Positions 1 through 8,985 of a stretch of 44,478 bases of DNA are shown one piece after another; the first letter of the stretch is position 1; every line of letters starts with the position of its first letter. Source of the stretch: Methanothrix sp. (GTDB lineage: Archaea > Halobacteriota > Methanosarcinia > Methanotrichales > Methanotrichaceae); the NCBI GenBank assembly GCA_037128175.1, contig JBAXWY010000021.1:1-44478 (forward strand), written 5' to 3'. The position numbers were made by a program, and so were the translations under genes. Under the pieces are notes generated by a model. The model was not told the DNA's origin, made no database searches, and saw only the letters and a program-made list of their open reading frames with translations.

Positions 1-1049
1 CGGACTGGATCACAATAGTCTTTTGTGCAGGGATTGCCGTCGTTGCAGTTCTTGGGCGTATGCACGCATGCAGTACCATTGAAAGAGTCGATAGTACAGG
101 GATTTCCATCATCGCAGCTTGTCGCTGTGTGGTAGCATATTCCTTCAAAGCAGTAATCAAAGGTGTCGGGATTTCCATCATCGCAATTCTTCGGTTTATG
201 CTCGCACTTTCCATCGATGAGGGTATCCTCAGTGCAGGGATCATGATCATCACAGCTCTGGGGGTGGCGGGCCATGAGCGCCTCGTCTGAGGATAGGGCA
301 GTGCTATTATTTTCGCTTATGATGCTGCTGCGATCTCTGCTATCTATGGGCTCATTGATACAGTGGCCATCTCTGCAGGAATCAATAGTACTGTCATTTC
401 CGTCATCGCAATTCAATTGTGAATAAACACAGCTTGTTCCATCATAGGCATCCGTGGTGCAGGGATTGCCGTCATCACAGGTGGGCTGTGCGACTGGCGG
501 TGCGATTGCCTCTTCTATGACGATTTGAGATCCATTGATAGTGGTATTCTCTTTAGCGACCTCATTTTGTATTTCCGGCAGGACGGGGCTAAGAAATTCC
601 ACTGAATAGCTTTTTCCGGACAAGGGCATATTGACGCAACCGGATGAGCCGCAGAAGTCTGTCGTGCTGGCGTTCCCGTCATCGCAATTCACAGAATCAT
701 GAACGCAGCCGTTAGCTCCGTAAGAATCTATGGTACACGGGTTGTTATCATCACAGCTTACTGGTATATTGACAGCTTCCTTTAATACAGGAGGCTCTTG
801 CTGGCTTTGTCTTGAACCCTCTCTATGCGCCGTTCTGATATCTGCGTCTTTTCCAGATAGCCCCAACGCAGAGGAATTTGCATTATCGCAGCTCTGGGGC
901 GTATGCAGGCAAATCGTTCCGTCGCATTGGTCCATGGTGCAGGGATTATTATCATCACAATCCCCGCACTGGGCCGAAGCAATGCTTGTTAATAATAACG
1001 CACCGAAAATAAATATGATATAAGATACGCAACGCTTATTTCTACTCAT
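1..1049 (-). CDS. Secreted Cys-rich repeat protein (CDDGNPCTxDxC, Dictyostelium-type repeats), 3' end outside the window
   Basis: Manual translation from ATG 1049 is open to the window edge: MSRNKRCVSYIIFIFGALLLTSIASAQCGDCDDNNPCTMDQC... It has a signal peptide and 9 recognisable C(D/N)D(G/N/H)(N/D)xxTxD repeats. Absent from the ORF track because there is no stop in the window. Confidence 0.9.
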   Translation of the reverse strand, partial: MSRNKRCVSYIIFIFGALLLTSIASAQCGDCDDNNPCTMDQCDGTICLHTPQSCDNANSSALGLSGKDADIRTAHREGSRQSQQEPPVLKEAVNIPVSCDDNNPCTIDSYGANGCVHDSVNCDDGNASTTDFCGSSGCVNMPLSGKSYSVEFLSPVLPEIQNEVAKENTTINGSQIVIEEAIAPPVAQPTCDDGNPCTTDAYDGTSCVYSQLNCDDGNDSTIDSCRDGHCINEPIDSRDRSSIISENNSTALSSDEALMARHPQSCDDHDPCTEDTLIDGKCEHKPKNCDDGNPDTFDYCFEGICYHTATSCDDGNPCTIDSFNGTACVHTPKNCNDGNPCTKDYCDPV

Positions 1050-1138
1050 TTCTTTTTCCACACATTTCACTCCCATTAAATTAAGGAGTTCTTTTTATAT
1101 CTAATTTTCGCTCTTTAGAAGCTCATTTTTTGGTGATG

Positions 1139-2302
1139 TCAAGAGAAAGAGCTCAATGTAGTCTGCCGGGCTTTAAGCAGCTCCTTAAGCAAGTCGCTTT
1201 GCATGATGAATTTTTTTAAAGGCAATTGCAGCTTGCCGCAAATATACCACAAAGCGCTCTTCATATCCTCGAAGGACAAGGCCTTCTCTTGCATGGCATT
1301 TCTCACATTCTCCCTCACGTTAAAGACACCTAACGGCACATATCCCGAATAAGCCTCCCGCAAGATGATCGCACCTGCCTGTTTTTTCTCGCGTGCCAGA
1401 GCCTCCAAGACAGCCATTTTGCAGGAATAGTAGCATCCACCCACCCGGGAATAGCCTTTCTTGCCAACATTTTTCTCATAGTCGGAGAAAACCAGCTCTT
1501 CATTCCCCAGGATGCAGAGGAAGGCCTCCATCCACTCATACTGCCATGACGTGGGTAGGAGAAGGACCGCGTAATAATTGTTGAGGCTGAAAAACTCCCT
1601 CACCTGGCAGCAATCGATGGGGTCATAATCCCTCACCTTTTGCAAAAGCCGGTTTCCAAGGGTGCTGTCACAGGCGGTGATGGACCAGCGTGTGGGAACC
1701 AGGCGGCGTCTTTTCTTGGTACCCATGGTTCCCATGGAGAATGCCTTCTGAATGCTGGAGAAAGGCATGCCCTTTTGGTGCAGATCAACTACAGCGTCCG
1801 CCGCCAGGAGGTCGCCGTCGTAATAGACCTTCTCTAAATTCGGATCCCACCTGGCATTGCTTATTTCCAGCTTTTCCAGAGGCGCACTCGGACCAAAGGG
1901 AGTGTGCTCATCACTAAAGGACATGCCTTTAGGGGCGTGGTGGAACTCGGCTTCACTCTCAATGGAGGAACCGGAGAGGGATATGTCCCGAAGTTTGTCC
2001 AAGTAGCGACCTTGCAGCTGTGTGACTTTGACGGATCTTTTGCCTCTGATCAGGTTTAGCCGGTATCTTATGATCTCCTCCTGGGTCTTCTTTTCCGGTA
2101 TCCATGACTCAGGCCGGTCCATGATGATGGTGTCGCCATGCAGAGGTGCGATCATGGGACCGGCGTAAACCTTAGGGTAGTTCCAGCTCCCAATGAAGAC
2201 GGAAGGAGGAGTGCTGCCATCCAGCTTTGTGCCCACTTCCTGCGAAGGGATATACATATTGGCTGTCAATTTTTTCAGATAGGCTTCCTTGCCTTTGATC
2301 AT
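1139..2302 (-). CDS. Nre family PCNA-interacting DNA repair protein
   Basis: Motifs [45 protein letters not shown] and C-terminal PIP box QTTLSSF. Start re-assigned to MIKGKEAY (ATG 2302). Confidence 0.88.
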   Translation of the reverse strand: MIKGKEAYLKKLTANMYIPSQEVGTKLDGSTPPSVFIGSWNYPKVYAGPMIAPLHGDTIIMDRPESWIPEKKTQEEIIRYRLNLIRGKRSVKVTQLQGRYLDKLRDISLSGSSIESEAEFHHAPKGMSFSDEHTPFGPSAPLEKLEISNARWDPNLEKVYYDGDLLAADAVVDLHQKGMPFSSIQKAFSMGTMGTKKRRRLVPTRWSITACDSTLGNRLLQKVRDYDPIDCCQVREFFSLNNYYAVLLLPTSWQYEWMEAFLCILGNEELVFSDYEKNVGKKGYSRVGGCYYSCKMAVLEALAREKKQAGAIILREAYSGYVPLGVFNVRENVRNAMQEKALSFEDMKSALWYICGKLQLPLKKFIMQSDLLKELLKARQTTLSSFS

Positions 2303-2439
2303 AATTGAAACGATCCGACAAATTCGAATAAAAGCATAATGGACGCGGGGCGAAAGTGTTTCCCTGACATTTCTCTCCCCGGCCGGCACGGGAACATATT
2401 TACATTCAAAACGCCAATAATTTGTCGAGGTGTCCTCAG

Positions 2440-3174
2440 ATGAAATGGACTGTGATAATAATAGCATTAATGATGCTGCTATGTACCAATGCATTTGGAC
2501 AGATGAACCCCTATTCCACCACCCCAACGGGCGGCGCACCCACACCCAGCACTCCCAGCAGCGCAGAATCGCTGGGGCTGCAAGTGCCAACGGACGTCAC
2601 AGCATCCCAGCAAGCCCCAAGCGCGCAGGAGAGTACGCAAACTCTAATGAGCGCGAGCCAGGATGCAGCTTATGCCTTTGCGCCTACGGGATCAAGGGCC
2701 ACCGCGACCAATCCGGTCTACAGCAAAATGATAATAACCCCCGGAAGCTCCGCGCCCAATAGCCTTTATATCTCATATGCACCACGAACCGTGGCAAGCT
2801 GCAATCTTTATGCCAACCTGCCTTTATGGATGAAGACCTCGGGAACAGGCAATATCTGGTTTTATGAGTGGTATCCGAGCGGCATGCTGGATACTAATTA
2901 TGCAGGATTCGTCAATTACCCGGGCTGGTACAAGAGATGGTTCTCTGCTGATACTCCTGGCTGGCACATCCTCCAGTATTATTGCGGCGGCTGGAGCAAC
3001 TATGTCTACATTTACGTCTCCGGCCCCAGCAGTTATTGGGTCAATCCGAACCCGAGTCCCGATCCTATGCCATATCCGTATCCCTACTGGGACAGCCCGA
3101 TAACCTACACATATCCTCCCACCGGCCATACTTACTACTCTTATCAATGGACCACATCCACGGGAATTGATTAA
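2440..3174 (+). CDS. Secreted protein with Pro/Thr/Ser linker and Tyr/Trp-rich beta domain
   Basis: Signal peptide [20 protein letters not shown], low-complexity linker, aromatic-rich domain WFYEWYP...[19 protein letters not shown]. Confidence 0.75.
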   Translation: MKWTVIIIALMMLLCTNAFGQMNPYSTTPTGGAPTPSTPSSAESLGLQVPTDVTASQQAPSAQESTQTLMSASQDAAYAFAPTGSRATATNPVYSKMIITPGSSAPNSLYISYAPRTVASCNLYANLPLWMKTSGTGNIWFYEWYPSGMLDTNYAGFVNYPGWYKRWFSADTPGWHILQYYCGGWSNYVYIYVSGPSSYWVNPNPSPDPMPYPYPYWDSPITYTYPPTGHTYYSYQWTTSTGID

Positions 3175-3356
3175 GAGGAGTAAATCAACCGAAAACCGGG
3201 AAAATCAGCACCAGTGTAAACCTGTGATTTCCTTCCCCTGCTGGGCCAGGGGAGGACGAACCTTTTTTTGCCGGCCTTCAACCGGCTGGTGTAAAGGGGT
3301 CGATAATTCTCTTGCACAACTCTCGCCCATATTTTTGAGAGCTGTTGCCCGAAAAT

Positions 3357-4280
3357 CTATTTTAATAACATGCACTTCAGCTCTTCTTCGATCGCCTCAT
3401 TCATCTGTGAGCAGTAGCCATGCACGTTGCACCCAACGGTGTGCAATCTCTTTGGCTGCACTCCTCGAGCATAGGTCTGCTCTGCCAATTGATAAGGTAT
3501 GATGGTATCATTACGGGAATGGATCATGACCATTGGGCGAGGTGCGATCATGTAAAGGTAGGTCTCGGGATCGATGGACCGGTAGAATCGGACCAGATTC
3601 TTATCCACTACACCTGCCGAAGCGATTGAGTCATCAGTTCCATAGCCGCAGGTGCTGATGGCCAAAACGCCCTTGGCGGCAAGGTCCAGGGCACAGGCCA
3701 TGATGGCAAAGCGGCCTCCGTTGCTCTCCCCGGCATAGATGATGAGCGTCGGGTCGATCTCGGGCCGGCTGCGCAGTACTTCCCCCGCCGCCAGGGCGTC
3801 ATAAACCATTCTATGCTCCGTGGGCTCAACGCCTTTTAAAAACATCTGTAGATCGGCTTTTGCATCGATTCCCCCCAAATTTCTCTGGTCAAGGGTGATG
3901 CTGGCAAATCCCAGGTCGGCCAGGTACCTGGCCAGCTTCTGCTCCCGCTCTTTGCTAACGGTAGCGCCGGGCAAGAGCACAATGCCGGGAATGCTTCCGG
4001 TCTTTGCATCTCCGCCCAGTTTGGACCATGGGATTCTCAAGAGCGCTGCAATCTTCGCATCACGACTCCTGAACTGGACTGCAGAAAGGGTGCTGTTGCC
4101 GTCATCCTCGGGCGGGCTCAGATTGTATTGGGGCATGGATACTTTGTACTCTAAAATTCCTTTCTCGGATACGGTCCATTGCCCGGCGGATGTGCTATCC
4201 GGAAAAAAATGCCATCCCAAAAAGAGAGCGATGACTCCAACCAGAAGCATCACTGCGGTGCCCTTCCTCTGCTCCAGCAT
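3357..4280 (-). CDS. Membrane-anchored alpha/beta hydrolase
   Basis: N-terminal TM segment, nucleophile elbow GESNGG, HSRNDTIIP (Asp) and VHGY (His). Start probably MLEQRK. Confidence 0.85.
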   Translation of the reverse strand: MLEQRKGTAVMLLVGVIALFLGWHFFPDSTSAGQWTVSEKGILEYKVSMPQYNLSPPEDDGNSTLSAVQFRSRDAKIAALLRIPWSKLGGDAKTGSIPGIVLLPGATVSKEREQKLARYLADLGFASITLDQRNLGGIDAKADLQMFLKGVEPTEHRMVYDALAAGEVLRSRPEIDPTLIIYAGESNGGRFAIMACALDLAAKGVLAISTCGYGTDDSIASAGVVDKNLVRFYRSIDPETYLYMIAPRPMVMIHSRNDTIIPYQLAEQTYARGVQPKRLHTVGCNVHGYCSQMNEAIEEELKCMLLK

Positions 4281-4296
4281 TTTCGAATGCACCACT

Positions 4297-4605
4297 TCAG
4301 ATGGAGGGTTTCCATTGTTCATCGGCCAATTTGGTCAAGGTGCCGTTTTTATTCAATTCATAGCCGATGGGAATTTTTCCCCAGCTCCACAGGCTCGTAG
4401 GTGCGTTGTTGTTTGAGCTGTTTGGCTCTGTTTGGTTGGTTTGATTTTGGGTAATTGTGGCGTTCTCTGATTGGTTGGCTGAATTGTTGGTGAAGTTGGC
4501 CAGGATTGTCATGCCGCTTTCCTGGTTGATCTTAATAGCTTCCAGTGACTGAGAGCTGCATGCCAGTGCAAAAAGGATTAAAGCCGAAATTATCAAATTT
4601 CTCAT
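4297..4605 (-). CDS. Small secreted Asn/Gln/Thr-rich protein
   Basis: Signal peptide, several N-x-S/T sequons, conserved-looking LWSWGKIPIGY tail. Confidence 0.7.
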   Translation of the reverse strand: MRNLIISALILFALACSSQSLEAIKINQESGMTILANFTNNSANQSENATITQNQTNQTEPNSSNNNAPTSLWSWGKIPIGYELNKNGTLTKLADEQWKPSI

Positions 4606-4668
4606 ACCATATCTGAATCGTTTCCTTATTTCTATACTTTTCCTTTCGAGCTAAAGTCATGGACGTTT

Positions 4669-4784
4669 CTCCGTGGTGTTTGTATCGTCAGCCGTTTTTT
4701 TATAACCAGCGGCTAACGACGATCAACCACAGAGACACAGAGCGCACGGAGTACGCACAGAGCGACTAACTAACAACTGGAAAA
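4669..4784. repeat. Palindromic REP/MITE-like element, copy A (left arm truncated)
   Basis: 4730-4777 is a perfect 48-bp reverse complement of 6049-6096, and similarity extends over about 110 bp. Contains CACAGAG/CACGGAG sub-repeats. Confidence 0.9.
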
Positions 4785-4837
4785 AAATAGTAATTGGGAA
4801 ATAGCGAAGAGCCAAAAAAAGGTGTTTTCTATCCATG

Positions 4838-5173
4838 TCAGGCTTTTAGGCACGAATCTTTCTTGAACGCGAATTTCATATCCGAGCTGTCCACTTGCCA
4901 TGCCCCCAGACTCTCGTCCTTTAGAAAGCCCATGGAAAGCCATAGCCCACCCGGAAATGTGCTCTCACCCGGGTGCTCTTCATTGAACCGGCAGAAGAGA
5001 CCATAGACGGCATGCCATCCCTCTCTCCCCATGTGCGGCCTGCCCTCCAGAACATATTCTACATCATCCCAGTTGGAGACGGCCATCGTTAATAGAGCGA
5101 TGAGCACGTCGCATTCTTTTTGGCAGGAGGAGAAGACGGCCCTTACCTGTTCTTCGCTTAAGATCGATTTCAT
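4838..5173 (-). CDS. Hypothetical protein
   Basis: 111-aa ORF with globular composition, co-oriented and tightly spaced with neighbours. Confidence 0.65.
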   Translation of the reverse strand: MKSILSEEQVRAVFSSCQKECDVLIALLTMAVSNWDDVEYVLEGRPHMGREGWHAVYGLFCRFNEEHPGESTFPGGLWLSMGFLKDESLGAWQVDSSDMKFAFKKDSCLKA

Positions 5174-5184
5174 GAGATAGGATT

Positions 5185-5403
5185 TCAGTGATGCGCTCCG
5201 TGCGCATCCCCGTGCGCGCCGTGGGGCGCAGCATTGGATCCCGCCTTGACAGCCAGGAAATCCTTATCGATATAAGCTTGATGTGCCAGGTCCAGGCACT
5301 CCTTGCACAGATTAAACATTTCATCCTTGGGGCCGTGAATAGTAGCCAAATTGAGCTTGATAGGTACAGTCTCCTTCTCAACAAGACACAGCGCGCACTT
5401 CAT
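5185..5403 (-). CDS. Small zinc-finger-like protein (CxxC...CxxC) with His-rich tail
   Basis: CALC and CKEC pairs, tail HGAHGDAHGAHH, SD-like AGGTGA upstream of ATG. Confidence 0.7.
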   Translation of the reverse strand: MKCALCLVEKETVPIKLNLATIHGPKDEMFNLCKECLDLAHQAYIDKDFLAVKAGSNAAPHGAHGDAHGAHH

Positions 5404-5438
5404 TTAATTCACCTTGCCAGTGGCTCTGATTCAAACGG

Positions 5439-6014
5439 TTATAAGCATTTCCTTTCAGGCGTTCCTTGCCACCGGCGGTAAAGATCGTTCTCTACTCCGA
5501 GTAGATCGAGCACCCGGCCTACCAGCACATCCACCAGATCATCCAGACTCCGGGGCCGGGAGTAAAAGGCAGGGCAGGCCGGCAGGACAACCGCTCCCGC
5601 CTCGGCAGCCGCAACCATGTTGCGCAGCTCTACCAAGCCTAAAGGAGTCTCTCTGGGAACTATTATCAGCCTCCTTTTCTCTTTGAGACAGACCTGCGCC
5701 GCCCGGGTGATGAGCGTGTCCGAGGAGCCGCAAGCAATTCCAGAGAGCGTTCCCATGCTGCAGGGTATGACAACCATGGCATCAAAGAGATGCGAGCCGC
5801 TGGCGAATGGCGCGGCGAAGTCGCGGGACGCGTAAACGTGGTCGGCCAGATCTTGCACATCCGCTGGCAGAGAATCGGTCTCAATTTCAATGATCTTTGC
5901 GGCCGTTTCGGTTATTACCAGATGGGTGATGCAGCCCTTCTCCCGCAAGACCTGCAAGAGCCGAATGCCGTACTGTACACCCGATGCCCCGCTTATGCCC
6001 ACAACGATTTCCAC
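5439..6014 (-). CDS. ubiX: UbiX family flavin prenyltransferase
   Basis: VVGISGASG, ASGS, PCSMGTL, RAAQVCLKEKRRLIIVPRETPL, PAFY motifs. Confidence 0.95.
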   Translation of the reverse strand: MEIVVGISGASGVQYGIRLLQVLREKGCITHLVITETAAKIIEIETDSLPADVQDLADHVYASRDFAAPFASGSHLFDAMVVIPCSMGTLSGIACGSSDTLITRAAQVCLKEKRRLIIVPRETPLGLVELRNMVAAAEAGAVVLPACPAFYSRPRSLDDLVDVLVGRVLDLLGVENDLYRRWQGTPERKCL

Positions 6015-6041
6015 ATAGATCTCCCCATTTGCGTTTTGTGG

Positions 6042-6187
6042 TTTTCCGGTTGTTAGTTAGTCGCTCTGTGCGTACTCCGTGCGCTCTGTGTCTCTGCGGT
6101 GGATTGGTCGTTAGCCACTGGTTATAAAAAGCGGCTGACGGTACTACCACCACCGCAGACACAGAGCGCACAAAGGACTCACAGAGG
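6042..6187. repeat. Palindromic REP/MITE-like element, copy B (full hairpin)
   Basis: Arms GTGCGCTCTGTGTC..TGCGGTGG / CCACCGCAGACACAGAGCGCAC with inner stem CGTTAGCC/GGCTGACG. Inverted relative to copy A. Confidence 0.9.
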
Positions 6188-6255
6188 CCTCTATTATTTT
6201 ATTACCGACTTGAATCTATCTATGTTGTATATCAGGTCTCTCTCGCGCAGGACTC

Positions 6256-6933
6256 TCATCCACCTGTCATCTCCTCCATCCTTAGTCGCAGAAGAAACTC
6301 ACGAAAAGCATCTTCGTCGGGCCGGTCCGGCAAAGGGCTGGCCTCATATGCCTCTTCCAGTTGGCACATCTTTTCCGTGACCTCCTCGGCCCCTGGCGTA
6401 CCCAAAGCGGGCGCAAAGCAAATCTTGCCTCCTAAGAGGAGCTTTATCCCAAAATTGAGAGTCCTTTGAGCCGTCCTGTAGCCTTTGCCCCCCATCTTTG
6501 GCTTTTCCTCGGATTTGATCTGGCTTTGTGCCATCCCTTTGACGGAGTGATATGTGTCGCGGCAGAGGTTGGCCTCTACCAGGGCCGATAGCTCCTCCTG
6601 GATAATAGAAGGCTTAATGACGAGCGGGCTTGTGACATACCAGATAGCGTTGACGTTTCCTTTGATGAGCTGATTTATGAGATGGCCGATCTCCCAGCCT
6701 AAGGTGTCATAAATCTCTCCTCCTCGGGCCGTTATCTGCTGGCGAACTGTAGGCGAAATCCTCTCTCCCCGCAAGAGAGACCTGGTGGGAGCGATATAGA
6801 TCATCACCAGGTCTATATCGCTCTCTTGAATTTGCATGCCCCACATGTGCGAGCCTACACAACTGATAAACAGGTTTTTCATCCTGTTGTTGGCAATATC
6901 CGCCAATTCTTGCAGATCAACGCATAGTTTCAT
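6256..6933 (-). CDS. Pol-beta superfamily nucleotidyltransferase (YcgL/RlaP-like)
   Basis: GSHMWG...SDIDL NTase motif, WEIGH..LIKGNVN segment, C-terminal LPDRPD..FREFLLRLR. Confidence 0.8.
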   Translation of the reverse strand: MKLCVDLQELADIANNRMKNLFISCVGSHMWGMQIQESDIDLVMIYIAPTRSLLRGERISPTVRQQITARGGEIYDTLGWEIGHLINQLIKGNVNAIWYVTSPLVIKPSIIQEELSALVEANLCRDTYHSVKGMAQSQIKSEEKPKMGGKGYRTAQRTLNFGIKLLLGGKICFAPALGTPGAEEVTEKMCQLEEAYEASPLPDRPDEDAFREFLLRLRMEEMTGG

Positions 6934-6952
6934 ATTCGTTCACCGATTAGAA

Positions 6953-7870
6953 TCATTTGCTATTCTTTAGCCGCTCCATCGTCGCCGCCACCATCAATGG
7001 CAAGGTAATGGTTGCATCAGCGTAAACCGTGACGAATTTCGCGTTTTCCGATATCTTGCCCCAGGAGACTGCCTCGGAGAGGGTGGCACCAGATAGACCC
7101 CCGTTCTCAGGCGTGTCCGTGGTAAGCTGGATCGCGAGGTCGAAGCTATTAGGGGTGACGAGCATGGACTGCAGGGCGAAGTTCTTGGGAGCGCCCCCGC
7201 CTACGATTACTATTCCCGATCTCTCGCATCCATAGCAGATGTCCACGATCTCCTTGATATCGGCAAAAGCATCTACATTAAGCTTTTTTGTCTGGCTGTA
7301 CATCCAGGCCTGCAGGCCGATCATGGAGTCAGGAAGCGCCGGGCAGAAGATCGGTACATTCATCTCGTAGGCCGAGCGCAGGATGGATCTCTCGTCATTA
7401 ATTTGACTGCCTAAAATGCTCATCAGCTCTCTTCCGGAGAGCCTCTTTTCCGTGTCGGGCAGGATTCTTTGCATCAGCTCCTCAAATGCGGCAAAGTCCT
7501 CGTCCCTCAGGAATACATCATAAATGCGGCTTTTCCCTTCCGCCCGCAGTGCGGCATCATCCGACTCCGCTGTGCCTAGGCAATGGCAGCCGAAGGACTC
7601 GATTATGTCATGGACCAGATTTGCTCCCGTGATTACCAGCACATCCACATGGCCTTTTCTGATCAGATCGGAGACGACATTTCTCATGCCCGCCGGAACC
7701 ATCGCGCCGGAGAGAGCCAAGAATTTGGTGAAATCTCCAGAAAGCATTTTTTCATAAATAGCCGTAGCTTCCGCCAGTCTTCTAGCTCCAAAGCCGCAGT
7801 GGCTCATTCTCTCTACCAGGGCATTTACACCCATCCCCGGCTCGATATCCAGTTGGTGCACTACATCCAT
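6953..7870 (-). CDS. dhs: Deoxyhypusine synthase
   Basis: SGAMVPAGMR, TGANLVHD, GGGAPKNF, GGLSGATLSEAVSWGK (active-site Lys present), DATITLPL. Confidence 0.93.
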   Translation of the reverse strand: MDVVHQLDIEPGMGVNALVERMSHCGFGARRLAEATAIYEKMLSGDFTKFLALSGAMVPAGMRNVVSDLIRKGHVDVLVITGANLVHDIIESFGCHCLGTAESDDAALRAEGKSRIYDVFLRDEDFAAFEELMQRILPDTEKRLSGRELMSILGSQINDERSILRSAYEMNVPIFCPALPDSMIGLQAWMYSQTKKLNVDAFADIKEIVDICYGCERSGIVIVGGGAPKNFALQSMLVTPNSFDLAIQLTTDTPENGGLSGATLSEAVSWGKISENAKFVTVYADATITLPLMVAATMERLKNSK

Positions 7871-7953
7871 TTAATCACCTTAATAATGATAATATTCTTC
7901 AGAATTGTCCCTGAAAATTATGATTGAACTTATGCAACGCGTTATTTTTTCTC

Positions 7954-7967
7954 ATAAACCTTTTATA
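7954..7967 (+). promoter_or_regulatory. Putative BRE/TATA promoter of the fpo operon
   Basis: ATAAACC-TTTTATA ends 36 nt upstream of the fpoA ATG. Confidence 0.55.
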
Positions 7968-8003
7968 CCAGGCCTTATGTTTAGCTTTTACGGAGGGTAA
8001 ACA

Positions 8004-8408
8004 ATGGCCGGCGAACCGATGGCAGTGGTTAATTATATACCACTTATTATATTCTTGATAATGGGAGCTATAGTGCCCATTGCGGCTTTGGCTGCTATTA
8101 AGATAATAGCGCCCAATAAGCCAAAGCGTCAAAAGCTATCGATATACGAAGGTGGGCTGAAGCCTATCCGCGACGCCAAGATCCAGTACAGCGTTCAATA
8201 TTACCTTTTCGCAATCGTTTTTGTTATATTCGATGTTGAGGTTTTATTCTTATATCCCTGGATCTATGTCTACGCGAATAAAGCAATGCAGCAGTTCATG
8301 ATCTTCGGATTCATGAACTACGCCGTCTTCGAGATGCTCCTATTCATCGTTGTACTGCTGGTAGGACTTATCTATGCTATTAAGAAGGAGGCTTTGCGTT
8401 GGGTATAA
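8004..8408 (+). CDS. fpoA: Fpo (complex I-like) subunit A
   Basis: YEGG, QYYLFAIVFVIFDVEVLFLYPW, ALRWV NuoA motifs. Confidence 0.95.
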   Translation: MAGEPMAVVNYIPLIIFLIMGAIVPIAALAAIKIIAPNKPKRQKLSIYEGGLKPIRDAKIQYSVQYYLFAIVFVIFDVEVLFLYPWIYVYANKAMQQFMIFGFMNYAVFEMLLFIVVLLVGLIYAIKKEALRWV

Positions 8409-8971
8409 GCGATGTCATACCCGTGCCCGTAGCAATCGATGAGGAGATTGAGAAATGGACCATCTTTGGCCGACCTGTGGCTGAGGTCTGGTTCACAACT
8501 ACGGAGAAGATCCATCAAATAATCGAGATGGGTCCTATTAAGAATATCTTCAACTGGGGCAGAAAAAATTCGGTATACTTTTTGATGCAGCCCATGGGGT
8601 GCTGTGGTGTGGAGATGTTCGTTTTCGGAGCTGCGCCCTATGACAGCGACAGATTTGGGTGCATTCCGAGAAACACACCCCGTCAGACGGATGTGATGAT
8701 CATCTCCGGCTACTTAACCAGAAAGTACCTACCGGTCTTCAAGAATCTCTGGGAGCAGATGCCTGAGCCCAAGTGGTGCATAGCCATCGGCGAATGTGCC
8801 ATTTCGGGTGGACCTTTCTATGATTCCTATAATATCATCCAAAACACAGGCGATCACTTCCCCATTGATGTCTTCATCCCAGGATGTCCACCAAGACCCG
8901 AGCAGTTCCTAGAGGGCCTCATCAATCTCCAGGAAAAGATCAAACAGCGCAAGGACAAGCGAGACTATTAA
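8399..8971 (+). CDS. fpoB: Fpo subunit B (N2 Fe-S cluster)
   Basis: GCCGVEM, PRQTDV, QMPEPKW..IGECAISGG, IPGCPPRPE. TTG start overlaps the fpoA end. Confidence 0.95.
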   Translation: MGISDVIPVPVAIDEEIEKWTIFGRPVAEVWFTTTEKIHQIIEMGPIKNIFNWGRKNSVYFLMQPMGCCGVEMFVFGAAPYDSDRFGCIPRNTPRQTDVMIISGYLTRKYLPVFKNLWEQMPEPKWCIAIGECAISGGPFYDSYNIIQNTGDHFPIDVFIPGCPPRPEQFLEGLINLQEKIKQRKDKRDY

Positions 8972-8985
8972 GGAGGGATCTTTTC

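Noticed and set aside
60-1023. Plus-strand ORFs 60-290 and 730-1023
   Set aside because: Antisense shadows of the Cys-repeat gene.
2303-2590. N-terminal 96 aa of the 483-aa Nre ORF
   Set aside because: Overlaps the divergent secreted gene and its promoter region; family similarity begins near MIKGKEAY.
8884-8985. Upstream extension of fpoCD (likewise ORF-track extensions of fpoK, mfnB, the HisA-like gene and DGC)
   Set aside because: They overlap neighbouring genes; downstream starts with SD motifs fit family N-termini better.
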